DNA of 64,000 nucleotides from Octopus sinensis (taxonomy: Eukaryota), in NCBI RefSeq assembly GCF_006345805.1, contig NC_042998.1, positions 109,988,001 through 110,052,000 on the forward strand, read 5' to 3'. Positions within the stretch are counted from its first letter, which is position 1; the number at the start of each line of letters is the position of its first letter. This document shows positions 37,960 to 51,921 of the stretch, in pieces. The notes beneath the pieces were generated by a model. The model was not told the DNA's origin. It searched no databases and was given only the letters and a program-made list of their open reading frames with translations. A program made the position numbers and the translations under genes.

Positions 37960-39720
37960 AAAAACGAAATTTTACTGCCATACAAAGCACAGTTTCCCCT
38001 ATGCGCGATGTGTCAGTGAAACATGTGCGAAACACACGCGAAATCAACACCGGGAAGTTTACAAATCATAAAACAGAAATAGAACAAAAAAGTAAGTACG
38101 CATACACTCGAATATCTACACAATCATATATACATTTTGATACCTATAGGACTACACATACATCTCAGAGTTTACACAACTATGTGAATGTTACAAGACA
38201 CACATTTACGCATATGAAAACACGTTCCACAAACGAAGCAAAAACGAAAAACCAAACTTTATGCCTTTTTCATTTATATTTTTCGAACTAACACAAACAG
38301 AGTGAACCATTCATAAGTTTAAAAACACTACAAAAATACTATGCTTGGAGATAAATCTATCAACAAGAAAAAAATACAAAGGAATACAGATCTGTTAGCC
38401 TGAAGAAGCTACGTTACGAGCAATGTTTACATGCAGAGAACTCGGTGACGGTGTTGTATCAAAAATTTTATCCTAAATCCGTCATGGCTCAATGATAACA
38501 AAGCAAATTAAAAACCATATCGGTCGTCGACTGGATAACAATAGGCCACGTTCTCGATATAGTTCTGTTAGCCTTAAGAAGCTACGTTACGAGCAATATT
38601 TACTTGCAGAGAACACGGAGACGGTGTTGTCTAAAAAAATTAACCTTAAACAGACAAATCCGTTCCCTAATCCCAACGTCGAAGTTCGTCATACCCCACA
38701 GTTAACAAAGCAAAATACAAACCGGAATGGTCATCGATCGGATTACTCGAATGATGAACTATGTTCGATGCTACAAATCAGCTACTGGTTCAAATCTTCC
38801 CGACACACAGGAGCTGGAAGTACCCCACAACCGGAATATTCCAACATATGGACATCCATGCTCGTCATCAAATAACAAAAGATAAAAAATGAAAAATGAT
38901 CTAGGAAAGATAATAAAGAAGTTCTCACGGCCTTCTACCATGTCATATATTTTCCCAAAATAAATCTAATACTGTACAAACCAACTTAAACTGGAGACAG
39001 AAGCACCCTGAAATAAGACCCTACATAGACAGTTACAAACTTGCCAACATTAGAAGAAACATAGAAAAAAAATTACTAACTGAAGTAGAGATTGACCAAA
39101 TTAAGCAAGCAGTAAGGGATAAGTTATTGGTCATAGAAATATCATTCTTCTGATCTTGTCCAAGACTTGATTATGTATCTGCACCTCTTTAATTATTTAG
39201 TACTACTCTATCATCTTTATAGATGGTACATGCATATTGATATCATAATCAACAACTTAATGCATGCTGCAGCAGTGGTTGTAATGGAAAGACTTGGAGT
39301 GAAGATATCACAACCCCAAACGATAGAAAGAGAAACCAGGTGTAATAGGCGATTGCTGGGACAGGTAGAGGAAATGCAAAAATATCTTGTGAGAGTAGAA
39401 ATCCTTAGCAACGGAGGTAAGATGAAAACTAGATTCCACGAAATAATTCAAAGGCAGTAGTGGCTGAAGTAAAAAGGATATAGAGGAGTAATGGAGAAAT
39501 GAAAACAAACGTTAAAAGCGAAAGAGGCCAAGATTAAAAGATACAATAACAAAATAGAAGTTTAGACAAAATGTTGATTGAAACAGATCAAAGTAGATTT
39601 TACAAGGAAATATATGGAGATGTTACAGTGACCATACTGCCTAACAAGGAAGAGATAAAGAAATTCTGGAGAACCATTTATAGCCACAAGTGAAACACAA
39701 TGAGCGGAATTGTTGCCTAC
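37960..39720 (+). mobile_element. Decayed 5' half of an R4/Dong-like LINE (leader and pre-RT region)
   Basis: WRQKHPEIRPYIDSYKLANIRRNIEKK at about 38990; ETDQSRFYKEIYG and KFWRTIY at 39580-39680. Confidence 0.6.
38390..38650 (+). repeat. Imperfect direct repeat, about 88 bp x2, period about 172 bp
   Basis: tctgttagcc..aagaagctacgttacgagcaat.tttac.tgcagagaac.cgg.gacggtgttgt at about 38390 and 38563. Confidence 0.88.
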
Positions 39721-41944
39721 AATGAAAACTTGGAACAGAATTTGTGCAAATAGTCATACTTGTGGTTCTGAATCACCTGCACTGTCAATATTACCAATCA
39801 AGCTTTGTCCAATATGGTTTCTGAATTTAAGCTTGTCGTAGTCAATTTAAAATAGCGCCATTTATCGTCTACAGAATAGTAATACCTTTTAAGGATCATC
39901 AGTGTTGTTATAAATATTATTGCTCTATATTTGTCATTTGTTCAACCAGAACCGCTTACCATCAATGACTCTAAAAACAACCCTAATATAACAATTTCTT
40001 AATAAACGGAACTTATTGGTAAATTTAGAATTTAAAACTAATACAGAGTTGTACATATGCCATCAGCAAAAGCATAATAATTTTATTAATTAAATTAAAT
40101 TTGTGTAGTACTGGCACAGTCTCGTTCGATATTTCGTTACGTGATTTACATTCTGATCTCAATTCCTGACGAGATCTACTCTGCCTTATATTCTCCTAGA
40201 AGTGAATAACAGAAAATATTAGCAACGGCAAGCTCTGAATTAATAGACTGTTCCCACTTCAAAATGCATGACATTACACCTGTGCTTGAAATAATTATTT
40301 ATAGTAATGAATGGTCATAACTTGTGGTGGAAACCGAAAGGCAGATCCGTCCGTCATTGATGCTTACCTACGCAGCAAGACTCAACAGAAACGTGAGTGA
40401 TACCAGCTAGTATATGACACAATTAGCTTTATTTGTCATGAATGTAAACCAGTGTTCGATTAAAGTTTTATTGTTCTATATATAGAAATTTAAGAACTAA
40501 AATGCCCCTCCCTAACTTCTTTTTTTTTTCTGAAATGAAATAATATGCTCTTCAGTCTTTGATATTTCTAGGGTAGTCAGCTATTTCCACAATAGATATG
40601 AAATATAAATGTCTTTTCACATCCCTTCTCGATTCAATTCACTTCATCTTCGCATCTACTTCTCTTCGCTCAATCCCTTTCTCCATCCTTTGCTCTCTTA
40701 CTTTTTTTCTTTTACTTGTCTTCTCTATCCATTTCCCTCTCCCTCTCTACCTTCTCTCTGTCGTCATCACTGTCACGTTCTTTCCCTCAGTTGATCATTG
40801 TCTCTGTCTCTGCTTCTGTCTCTCATTTTCTCTGGTTTTGTCACTGTCTTTCTCTCTGTCTCTCCCTGTCTCTTTTTCTTTCGCTCTCTCAGGAGGTCTA
40901 TACTATGCAATAGCGACCGAGATCAAGGGGAATCTATTATTCATTAAATACCTCATTATTCTTTAATCTAGACCTGACATAGAAGTGTCTAGAGACTTCA
41001 AATGCTTTTAATGCATAAATATTGTTTTCTTTTTTAAACTGCAACTTCATGTTAGTACATCTGCTGCTAGTGAAGATGATAAAGATAATGACGACGATAA
41101 TGATGATGGTGATGGTTATATTAGTGAAGACAACAACGATGATGATGATAGTAGTGATGGCGATTATGATGATGATGAAAATGATGATGATGATGATAGC
41201 GAGAAGTTTTGGGTAATTTAGCTCTTATAAGTGATAATTTTGCTATTTTAGTTTGTTATCTGCTGTTTTTGTCAGTATCAAATGTAGCTGTTGATATATA
41301 TATATATATGCGTGTGCATATATCTATATTAACGATCGTATTTCTCCATAATAGTGTTGTCGCTGTTATGTTGTTGCTAATGATGTCAATCCAGAAAATG
41401 AGATTGCTAATACTCTTGTTATTAACTTTCTCACTTGTATTCATATTCATCCATGTTTACCATTTTATTGTTAGATTTTATTTTGAGGACAACAAAACGA
41501 CATCAAACACTATGTTAAATGAAATTCTCCGCTGCTTTATTATTAAATAAGCTTTACGTGAGCGAACAAAACACTATATGAGGGAAACTATATCAAAAAT
41601 GATATTTCCTTGATGCACAAGTGAGAATTTAAATACAAGTTATGGAAATAACCTTGCATATATTTGCTATCGATTCACTTGGAGAAACGATTCGCGTGTA
41701 TCGTACTTGATTATGATTCACTGATTCTATGTTTGGAAGAAGGCCATTCTGTTTCACATCCCTCAATTATATTTCCAAGAAGGGAAAAATTTCAAACGGC
41801 TCCGATTCATTTTAAACAATATTTTAAAACATATTCGTATATCTATAACTATAAGAGTAGATGTTTGTCGCTTTCTGCTGAAAAAATTTCCTCTTGTATT
41901 TATGAAATGCTAAGACCACACTTTAGAGGCATAAATATAGGGGC

Positions 41945-42023
<79 letters not shown>

Positions 42024-42046
42024 TGAATCTATCTATATTTTATTTG

Positions 42047-42146
42047 TTGGCACCTTGGGCAAGTGTCTTCTACTATCTCCTTGGGCCGACCAGCCAACCA
42101 AAGACTCGTAAGTAGATTTGCTAGACGGAAACTGAAAGAAGCCCGT

Positions 42147-42199
<53 letters not shown>

Positions 42200-42208
42200 G
42201 TATATATA

Positions 42209-42263
<55 letters not shown>

Positions 42264-42498
42264 TATGTGTGTGTGTGTGTGTGTCTTTGTGTCTTTGCAT
42301 CTCCTCTCCACGTCTGCTTGACTACTGGTGCTGGTGTGTTTACGTCCCCCGTAACTTAGCTGTTCAGCAAACTTGATCGACAGAATAAGTAACAGGCTTA
42401 AAAAAGTACTGGGGTCGATTTGTTCGGTTAAAAATTCTTCAAGGCCGTGCCCAGCATGGCTACAGTCTAATTTCTGAAACAAGTTAAATTTAAAAGAT
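42047..42498 (+). mobile_element. 5'-truncated type B (CORE-like) SINE with internal (TA)n(TG)n
   Basis: ggcaccttgggcaagtgtcttctactat...gacggaaactgaaagaagcccgtc...cccagcatggctacagtc. Confidence 0.9.
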
Positions 42499-43661
42499 TA
42501 TCATTCATTAAAATTCGTGTACATTTAGATACTGAATTGTAGGGACGTTTCCTGAATCGTAAATGATTTGTTCCATTGGTAATTGCGAGGGAGGTCTTAC
42601 TCTATAAACCATTGATTTAGAAACATATATGTACATGCAAGTTCTCTTGAAATTTATAGACACGAAGAAATTTACATAGCCATCGTGTTATATTTTGTTC
42701 TAATTATACTGGTTAAAGAATGAGCAAATTTTTCAGTTTAACTGTAGCTCATTCGACCTCTATGTTTATTAAATATATAATGAGACATATGGTCTGCAAG
42801 AAATTCTTCATAAGCTGTAGTTTTGTCTTTTCGCCATAGGAATGAACACTCACTTTTCACACTTCAAATGGACATAAAACCCTACTAACATTGAAAAAAA
42901 TAGTATAAATAGGAAACGATATGTTGTAGACAATAATCTTCTAATTACAGTAGATATTCGATACAATAATCTAAAAAAATGGTCTCATGCATATAAAAAG
43001 TATTGAGTTTTATCTGAAAGCAAAAACTATCTTAGCAATTCACATCCACTTCGATTTTGTATGGCTGCATGTATGACCATAATGATACGAAAATATTACG
43101 AAATTTTGTACAAGACATCACCAAAACATGAATATAATCGATATTTGAATGAGTGTCACGTTCTCTGGCATTTTTTAGTTTTTACGAATTAAATCTTGAT
43201 AACTAATTTCATTTCGATGTTTTTGCAAATATTTCTTGTATATATAGTGTAACGCTGTCAACTGAAAAATTGGGAACACTGAAATTCAAATTATCGGTAT
43301 AAGATACATTATATACAAGTTGTACAGTATGTACCTTTATGTATTGAAGAACTTTTGCTTATTTTGAAAATAGAAATAGTTACCGAGAACTAGCGGTCAT
43401 CAAATGACTTAGCACAAAGCATGAAAAGTGCTAACGGAATTATTTTTGTCGTTGAGATTTACGATTGGGCGTACGTTGTAAACATTACTTCCCTAGGGGT
43501 GTCTCCATTTCTTTATATCCGGTAGCTCAGAAATAATCTGTTTGACATTTGAATTGGCTACGAGAATACCTTCCTCTGATGGACTTTAGATATTATTTCC
43601 ACGTGGAAGTAGGTGTGTCGACGAAGTAATGATGATGTAAATAACCATCGATATACATGCC

Positions 43662-43707
<46 letters not shown>

Positions 43708-44382
43708 TATATATTCACATTTATGTATGTATGGATGTATATATACATACACACACGTGTATATGTGTGTGTGTTTGTGTGTGTGTGAGTATATGCATGC
43801 ATGAATATATATATACACAGAATCGATATGCTGCTGAACACAAAGGTGTGGAGGAATATGCTTTGTTATGAGGTAAAACACTCGCTTGCACACACACACA
43901 TACAAACATACACACGCACACAAACGCGCACGCACACACACACACACACATACACACACACGCAAACACACAAATAATCAAACACACCGACACGCAAGCA
44001 CACAAATAAAACACCTACGCCTACACACGTATGCGTACATGCTAGCAAATTTTTGCAAACATGTTAGCACTTGCCCGTGTCCGTGGTGGCGTGTTTGCGT
44101 AATTAGAAATCCGTTTGTTTATATGTGATTAGGAACCAGTGTGTTTATTTGAATGCGATCCCTATGTGATTACGCTTTCATGTGTGTGCAATACATACGT
44201 ACGTGTGTGTATTTGTGAGTATCATCGAGCATATATAATAAGAATGATAAAGTGTATAACTGGTTTTTGTCGGAATAAATTCTCACAGAACGCTGATTTG
44301 CAATTTGATGTAACTTCTATAAACTAATTTCATATAATTTCATATAAAGGTATATCAAGTAATGTTCGGTATTATATGAATA

Positions 44383-44750
<368 letters not shown>

Positions 44751-44751
44751 A

Positions 44752-46108
44752 TAGAGAGGATTCGAGTTTACATGTGACCGTTGAAGGCAGAAAGCCTCGT
44801 TCTTACGTTTGTGGTAGCAACGCACACTTACAAAATAAGTGCCCACTAGCACAGAAACAACAACAGCAACAACAACAAGAACATGAAAAACAACAACAAC
44901 CACAAGAAAACCAAAAAAACATCCAAAAAGCTGGCTCTACTACCCACACCTCCATATGCACAACTAATTAAACAACTATGTAAACAAATGAAAGTTCACC
45001 AACCAAGTCAGCCCAACCAAACAACACCACCACCACCAGCGCCACCAAGAACAGAAACAGCACCATCATCACCACCACCACCAACACCAACTTCAAAGGA
45101 GGAAGAGAAAACCAAAAACACTTTACCCTACCTCCAAAAACCCATACACCAAACCCCAACGGTCACCAAGCAGCACCAACACCAACAACAGAAATATACC
45201 CCAATACACTTCTCCTCCCACCCTCTGATTCCTCTGACATGTCATCAAATGAAGACGACATAGAGGATTGGCAGAGGAGAAAAGGGGGAAAAAGAATAGA
45301 GAAGCAGACAAACAAAGCAGGGAGGTTTACCACTCCCGAAACTAAAACATCCGCAGAAAATAAACACATCAACACAAACACACTATCACCCCCCCCACCA
45401 ACATTGTAGACAGCCATAAACACCAACAACCCCGACCTAATGGAATACATTAGATCAAACACCAACATAACCGAAAATGATACCAGAGCAAAGAATCACC
45501 TACGCACAAAACATTAAAACCATACACATAGCACAGAACACACATAGCACCCTGAAATCTCTCTACCCTGATGCAGTTGGGAGATTTCAAAACTATTTGT
45601 CCAAAAAACTGTATAAAAACTCTGGGAGAAGGCTGTGAGGTGAAGAACAAAGAACTTTCGGACAGTAAGTCATTCTCTCTCTTTCTTTTTCATCAACACA
45701 ACTTTCGATAGGAACATGCTCAAAATAGGCAGTATAAATATACGTGGCTTGGGGTCGCCTTGGAAACAAGGCTACCTCTTAATCGACATCAAAATCTGCA
45801 TATCATAGCCATCAGTGAGACCAGACTCCACAGCTCGCGGGCACTCCAGCACATGTTCGGCACACATTTCGACATTTATTTTTCTCCGTGTCTACCGAGA
45901 ATGGGCGGAGGTGGCACCGCGGTGCTTGTTCGGAAGAGTCTGGACCTCAAAGTAAGAGCAATTTCCCTAGACCCAGAGGGTAGGCTGGTAGTCTTGGATG
46001 TCGATGGCAGCAATGAGTGTGCTTTTCGACTGATAACAGTTTATGCATCGTTCTTAACAGGCCGGCCAGATTTCTTTCGAGGTCTAGAGGTTTTCCTGGG
46101 AACGTTTC
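44752..46108 (+). mobile_element. L1/Tx1-like fragment: end of ORF1, P/T/Q-rich spacer and start of the ORF2 APE endonuclease
   Basis: VEGRKPRSYVCGSNAHLQNKCP (degenerate CCHC knuckle); MLKIGSINIRGLGSPWKQGYLL from 45717; IAISETRL...GGTAVLV...DPEGRLVVLDV...FRLITVYA. Confidence 0.87.
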
Positions 46109-47028
46109 GACCTTTACTGCAATCTGCGCCGATGGTTGTGAAATTCCTCACTTCCACTTCAGCTTCCAAGTGAGAGTTGTCAAATTGGGTCTCGGTAAGA
46201 ATGAAGAAATGGGCGTGGCGTGGATGGTTACCAACCCAAATCTCAATGAATTGGATCTTCTATTTTTGTGCATTGATGAAGGGGCTGACACTTATGCATT
46301 GAGTGGAGGTTAGTGTAGTGGCAGGCTTTGGGGTTACAGAGGCTTTTTTTCTGATTGTACTAGTGATAGCAATGTGGGGAATTGGTGCACTGGGGTAATA
46401 GTATAGGATGGTATTGAGTGATAGCTAAAATGATGTTTTTTGTATCGCTTTTGTCAAGTTCAACATGGCAAAAAGAATTTTTCTGCTTAGGGAGCAGTTT
46501 TGGACGACTGGAGGTGTTGTTGCACTGTTGGATAGGGTTGTCATTTCCGCTTTTGTTGTAGTTTTTGTTGTTGTTGTCATTGTTTTTGTGTCTTCGTGAA
46601 AAGACTGGGCCAGCATTACTGCGGCAGGGAATATTATTACTGTGGTTTATGTGTTCGCTTAGAGCCTCATTTCTGTTAGTGAGTTGGGTCCCTGTAAGAT
46701 GTGTGAAGGGACAATCATGCAGCACACATAGCTTCTCGCATTAGAAATACCTGCACGTTCTGGGATTCCATGTTAGGCATGTTTTAACATTCAGTTTACT
46801 ATTTGATGGTGTTGACGTTGATGTTGTTGTGGGATGCGTGCTTTGGCCTCGGGTACTAGTGTTTGACTGGATTGTGCATCTAGTACCAGGTAGATGTGTA
46901 AAGATGCAGTCAATATGTGTGTAGAGCTTGTAACGGAGGGAATAACGGCATATTTTGAGGTTTCTTCTTTGTGTCATGGGGGAAAAAGCAGAGGATTATT
47001 TTTAGCATTTGAGGTGGTAGAAGCCGAT
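46109..47028 (-). mobile_element. CR1/L2-group LINE 5' fragment (low-complexity ORF1 end and start of APE endonuclease)
   Basis: Minus-strand KIQFIEI...HAHFFILTETQFDNSHLEAEVEVRNFTTIGADC ending at the junction; LTET...EAEV...ADx matches the APE N-terminal pattern. Confidence 0.6.
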
Positions 47029-47029
47029 G

Positions 47030-47043
47030 TATGTATATATATA

Positions 47044-47084
<41 letters not shown>

Positions 47085-47108
47085 TATATATATATATATA
47101 TAATATAT

Positions 47109-47142
<34 letters not shown>

Positions 47143-47322
47143 CGTATATAAATGTATATATCTATATATATATATACGTATATATATATATATATGTAAA
47201 TATATATGTATGTATATATGTAAATATATATGTATGTATATATATATATATGTATTACATATGTATATCAATATACATAACATGCATATATATATGTATA
47301 TATCATATATATATATATATAC

Positions 47323-47399
<77 letters not shown>

Positions 47400-47430
47400 C
47401 ATACATATATAAATATTCACACAAGTATAC
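47030..47430. repeat. Long degenerate (TA)n tract
   Basis: Read directly from sequence. Confidence 0.97.
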
Positions 47431-48161
47431 ACATGTAAGTGTTCACGTGAATGTACTTACGTGCTCTTTCATACGTATGAAATATAAAACAAGCATCTAC
47501 GTGATTTTCGGTTATTTGTTTCTTTATGACTATTGGAAATTTAGAATTTGTGTGTGAATTTTTAGTGACGTCACTTTGTATTTTGACATCATTACATGAT
47601 GTCGATATCATACTGAATTACGTCATGTATTATTGGTGTTAACGATTGACAATTCTAAAGGAACATATCTTTCCAATGCTGTGAGTTAGCATCACACGTC
47701 CGTAAATGAGGCATACATCAAATTCAACCTGTATTTATCGCACGTATTGATTTTTGATTTTTACAATAACTTGTAATGCACATGCGCAACGCATATAGTA
47801 CAGATAGAGACAACACATAAACGCACAGCAGATTTTAAATAAGTAGAAACCTGTGTATGTACATATATACATACATACACAACCACACGCATTCACACAC
47901 ACACGCACATACGCACGCACGCACACACACAACACACACGCATGCACACGCACACGCACACAAACATAATTAAATATACAGTCAATATCTTGGATCTAGA
48001 GATGCTCAAAATAGATAACACAGTAGTACTCAGATGTTGAGAACTTAAACTCTGAAGTATTTATCGAGGACTAGGCCCGTGTGGCAAAAACTGGCGAGAA
48101 AAGAAATCAAGGAAATTGTGATGCAGATAAATATGCTTAAGCTTTATATATATATATATAT

Positions 48162-48246
48162 ATTCCTGGGATCGATTTGTTCGACTAATGGCTATGTTCC
48201 CCCGTGGCCGCAGTCCAATGACTGAAACTACTAAAAGAATAAAAGA
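48162..48246 (+). mobile_element. 3'-terminal fragment of a type B SINE
   Basis: ctgggatcgatttgttcgact...gtggccgcagtccaatgactgaaactactaaaagaataaaaga. Confidence 0.75.
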
Positions 48247-48559
48247 TATATATATATATATATATATATATATGGATAGATACAAAGATAGATAGACAGA
48301 CAGATTCAAAGGTTAAACATGTTCAGACGATAAGCAAATTTGAATAAGCCCATATTTATATAATTTGACAAATAAATTTACTTTTATACAGAATATAAAA
48401 AACACAGAAGACTATGGTGAGAATGCATAAATTTTTACTTCGACACCTATTTTTGCTGCTAGGATTTACACAATATTCATAATCATTATACGGAATGTAC
48501 AAAAACGTCATGTATATGCACTCGTAGGTTGATGTGCAGTCAAAATATTTACAAAGGTA

Positions 48560-48600
<41 letters not shown>

Positions 48601-48601
<1 letters not shown>

Positions 48602-48780
48602 TATAATAAATTAGAGACAAACCACTATTATGCAAATCAAACAAAGAAAGACTTAAGCCAATACATAAAAAATTTATATAATTAAAATTTAACAAATGAA
48701 TAATCACTACGATCGTTTCGTGTCAGCACATCTTAGACATCTTCAGGTGGTTTCTAAACCTTCTTAGCGAGTTATAAATA
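48601..48780 (-). mobile_element. Short (TA)n-embedded element with a canonical-core hammerhead
   Basis: About 180 bp between two (TA)n tracts. Confidence 0.7.
48703..48751 (-). ncRNA. Type I hammerhead ribozyme motif with canonical core
   Basis: accac CUGAAGA uguc-uaagaugugcu-gaca c GAAAC gauc GUA gugau; stem III is the palindrome ACGAUCGU. Confidence 0.8.
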
Positions 48781-48806
48781 TATATAATATATATATATAT
48801 ATATAT

Positions 48807-48839
<33 letters not shown>

Positions 48840-49912
48840 CTACAGTTCAGAATTCGGACTCCGAATGCCGGTTTTTGGTTTCACCGAAATTGGCCTCACA
48901 CAAATTTGGTTTTCCAAAATATGCCTTCCAAATATTTGGATTTCATAAAATCTGGATTTTCATTTTAGTACAAATTTGTTTTACGAACCTCGGATTATAA
49001 ACAGTGGATTTCGAACAGTGGATTTCGAACAGTGGAATGTCTGAAAATCTGTCTTTACCAATTTGGTGTTTAACCTTGGGTTTCGAACCTTGGGCCCAGA
49101 TGTGACACAGAAATTATTTAAAATCTAACAAGAGATCTGGCGAATTCCTGGATCATAAAATAAACCCATAAAACCCTAACACAAAGCACAAAGTGCATAA
49201 ACTAAACAGGCAATCATAGCTTCCAGAATCCAAATGAACAACTTCGTCTCATAGAGAAAAGATAAACTGTCACAAAAACTGGGGAGGGGGGTAAAATTAT
49301 CTCTGCTTATAAAGGTTTACCCAGGGTCTACCCAATTTGTTATAGTTTCACAGTTTCGGCTAATAACACCTAGCTTCCCCCATTTTGAAAATTTTGTCAT
49401 ACAGTTTACCTGTTTAACTTAACGTTATAGGTATTTTAGTTTCACTGCAGTTTTGATACACTGTTCTAATATGTGACTTTTGGTGACTAAGGAATTCGAT
49501 GTCGGTACCCTACCCTCACTTGTGCGTGTGTGTGTTTGTGTGTGTGTTTATGCATATATATACTTGTATGTATATATATATATATAAGTATGTGTATATA
49601 TATATAAACACACCACGCGCGCACACACACACACACGCATATATATATATATATATGTTCAATAATACCTCGCTCTACGAGGAACCTCTTTACGAGACTC
49701 CAAGTTTATGAGTTTTATTTTTCAAGCACAAGATCCAGATTTTAAGCGAAGTTACGAATTTACGAATTTAAATCCTGTATATATGAAATAATATATATAT
49801 ATATACATATATATACATACATACATCCACACACACGCGCGCGCATACACACAAACACACACACCACACACACACACAAACACACACACACACACACACA
49901 AATACACACACT

Positions 49913-50189
49913 CATGACTTTAGGAAACATTTTTTCACGCTGAGAGTTGCTGAAGTATGGAACAAACTGCCGGCATCAGTTGTTAGTTGTCGGAGAACTG
50001 CATCCTTCAAAACTTCCATGTTTTCTGAGATTCGCGAACACTACACCTAATTTTCTCCCCTCCATACACACACAAGCATGTATCTGACCCATACATTGTT
50101 CGCTTTCCAGACATTTGTACATTACTGCATACACTTTATACGCACTTTCTGACAAGTTGTGGTGCACCTGAGCACTGTATACAATAATT

Positions 50190-50195
<6 letters not shown>
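49913..50195 (+). mobile_element. CR1-type LINE 3' end followed by an (ATT)n tail
   Basis: HDFRKHFFTLRVAEVWNKLPASVVSCRRTASFK fits the FFxxRVxxxWNxLP C-terminal motif; short 3' UTR, then (ATT)n to about 50340. Confidence 0.85.
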
Positions 50196-50262
<67 letters not shown>

Positions 50263-50293
50263 GTTGTTGTTGCTGCTGTTGTTGTTGTTGTTG

Positions 50294-50342
<49 letters not shown>

Positions 50343-50869
50343 ATAACTATGGACAACCTCCTCGGAACCTCCAGCTTCTATATCCTGATTATAAATTTAC
50401 ATTTATCCTAATAATAATTGCTGCACTCAGTGTTGGAAGTAATTGCGCAACTGATAATGTGGATAAGATTTGATTTTCAGGAAAAGGAATCAACCCAGTG
50501 ACTCGCACATTACAAGTATAATCTCTAACTGGAACAGTAAGAATATGTAAGCGTTTTCTCAAGATTAAAATGTGAAATGGCTTTCGTTATTTATAAAGCA
50601 ATCCCTTCTTCAGAGGAAGAAGTAAAAAAAAAAGTAAAAAATAGAAGAGAATATACATACATACATACATACATACATACATACATACATACATACATAC
50701 ATACATACATACATACATAATGAAATGTGATGAGTGATAGGTTGTGTTGCATCGCATGTTATTGATAACCGTGTAACGATGTATGATCTTCACGTCTTTC
50801 CATTCAACTTAGCCTTTGCTACTTACTTCAGTATTCCTCATTACTTGACATATATGTGCATGTTTGTGA

Positions 50870-50915
<46 letters not shown>

Positions 50916-50998
50916 GTGTGTGTGTGTGGTGGGGGGGGTATGTGTGTGAATGTGTATGTATATGTATGTATATGCATATATTTATATATATGTATATA

Positions 50999-51235
50999 CA
51001 GTGTGGCCCGAAAGTAGGTTTACAGTTATCGAGTAGGCACTTTAAATTTCTCTTAAAACAATTCAATTACATTTAAATTTCTATCTTACAAACTGAAAAG
51101 AGAGCTTGATAAAATTAACTAAATTACCATAGTGTAACGGTTTCATATTTTTTTTTATAATTAAGATCTAAACTGTTAATATATAAGTGCGTATGAGATA
51201 GTTGAATAACTGTAAACCAATTTTGGGCCACTCTG
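50999..51235. mobile_element. Tc1/mariner-type MITE, 237 bp, about 30-bp imperfect TIRs, TA target duplication
   Basis: TA-cagtgtggcccgaaagtaggtttacagttat ... ataactgtaaaccaattttgggccactctg-TA. Confidence 0.88.
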
Positions 51236-51254
51236 TATCACTTCTGTCCGCCCA

Positions 51255-51445
51255 TCGCCATGATAGACTGCTAGCAACTAAACCTTTTTTTAATTCTCTG
51301 TCTTTTTATTTCTCGCGTTCCTGTCTGCTGAAGAGCCCAGGCTCGAAACGTAAAATACTTTCTCAACTTCCCGAGCGTTACACTAATACACCTATTTGTT
51401 GTTTGCACACCTGTCTTCATCTTTTGTGTTTTTCTTAATTCCAAC
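51255..51445 (+). mobile_element. Solo Penelope-like terminal repeat (same family as 13555-13700, opposite orientation)
   Basis: tttctca.cttcccgagc.t.a.actaatacac...ttgttgtt..acacctgtcttc shared with the reverse complement of 13570-13680. Confidence 0.8.
51321..51356 (+). ncRNA. Minimal hammerhead motif, A6C variant
   Basis: ctgt CUGCUGA a gagc ccag gcuc GAAAC GUA aaat; stem II perfect, stem I degenerate. Confidence 0.6.
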
Positions 51446-51457
51446 TATATATATCTA

Positions 51458-51496
<39 letters not shown>

Positions 51497-51579
51497 ATCA
51501 GTATGTGAATATATGTATATATATGAATATGTATATTTATGTGTGTGCGTATGCATCTGTGCGTATCCAAGTGCGTGTG

Positions 51580-51622
<43 letters not shown>

Positions 51623-51667
51623 CAATACACAAACACACACACATACACACACACACGCACACACACA

Positions 51668-51730
<63 letters not shown>

Positions 51731-51921
51731 CATACACACGCACAAACACATATACGCACATATATATCCCCCATCTCTTAAGTTACCTACGATTTCACTA
51801 TACCAGTTAGTCTCTACTCTCATGCATTTACGATGTACGACCCTATTTTTCTTTTATATTGTGCTATATTCCTTGGAGGCCTTCCACTCATAATCAACCT
51901 CACTCTTTCTCCGACGAAGGA

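Noticed and set aside
37960-38060. HDV-like ribozyme expected at the 5' end of the R4/Dong-like element
   Set aside because: Could not assemble P1, P2, P3 or a J4/2 CNAA motif by eye
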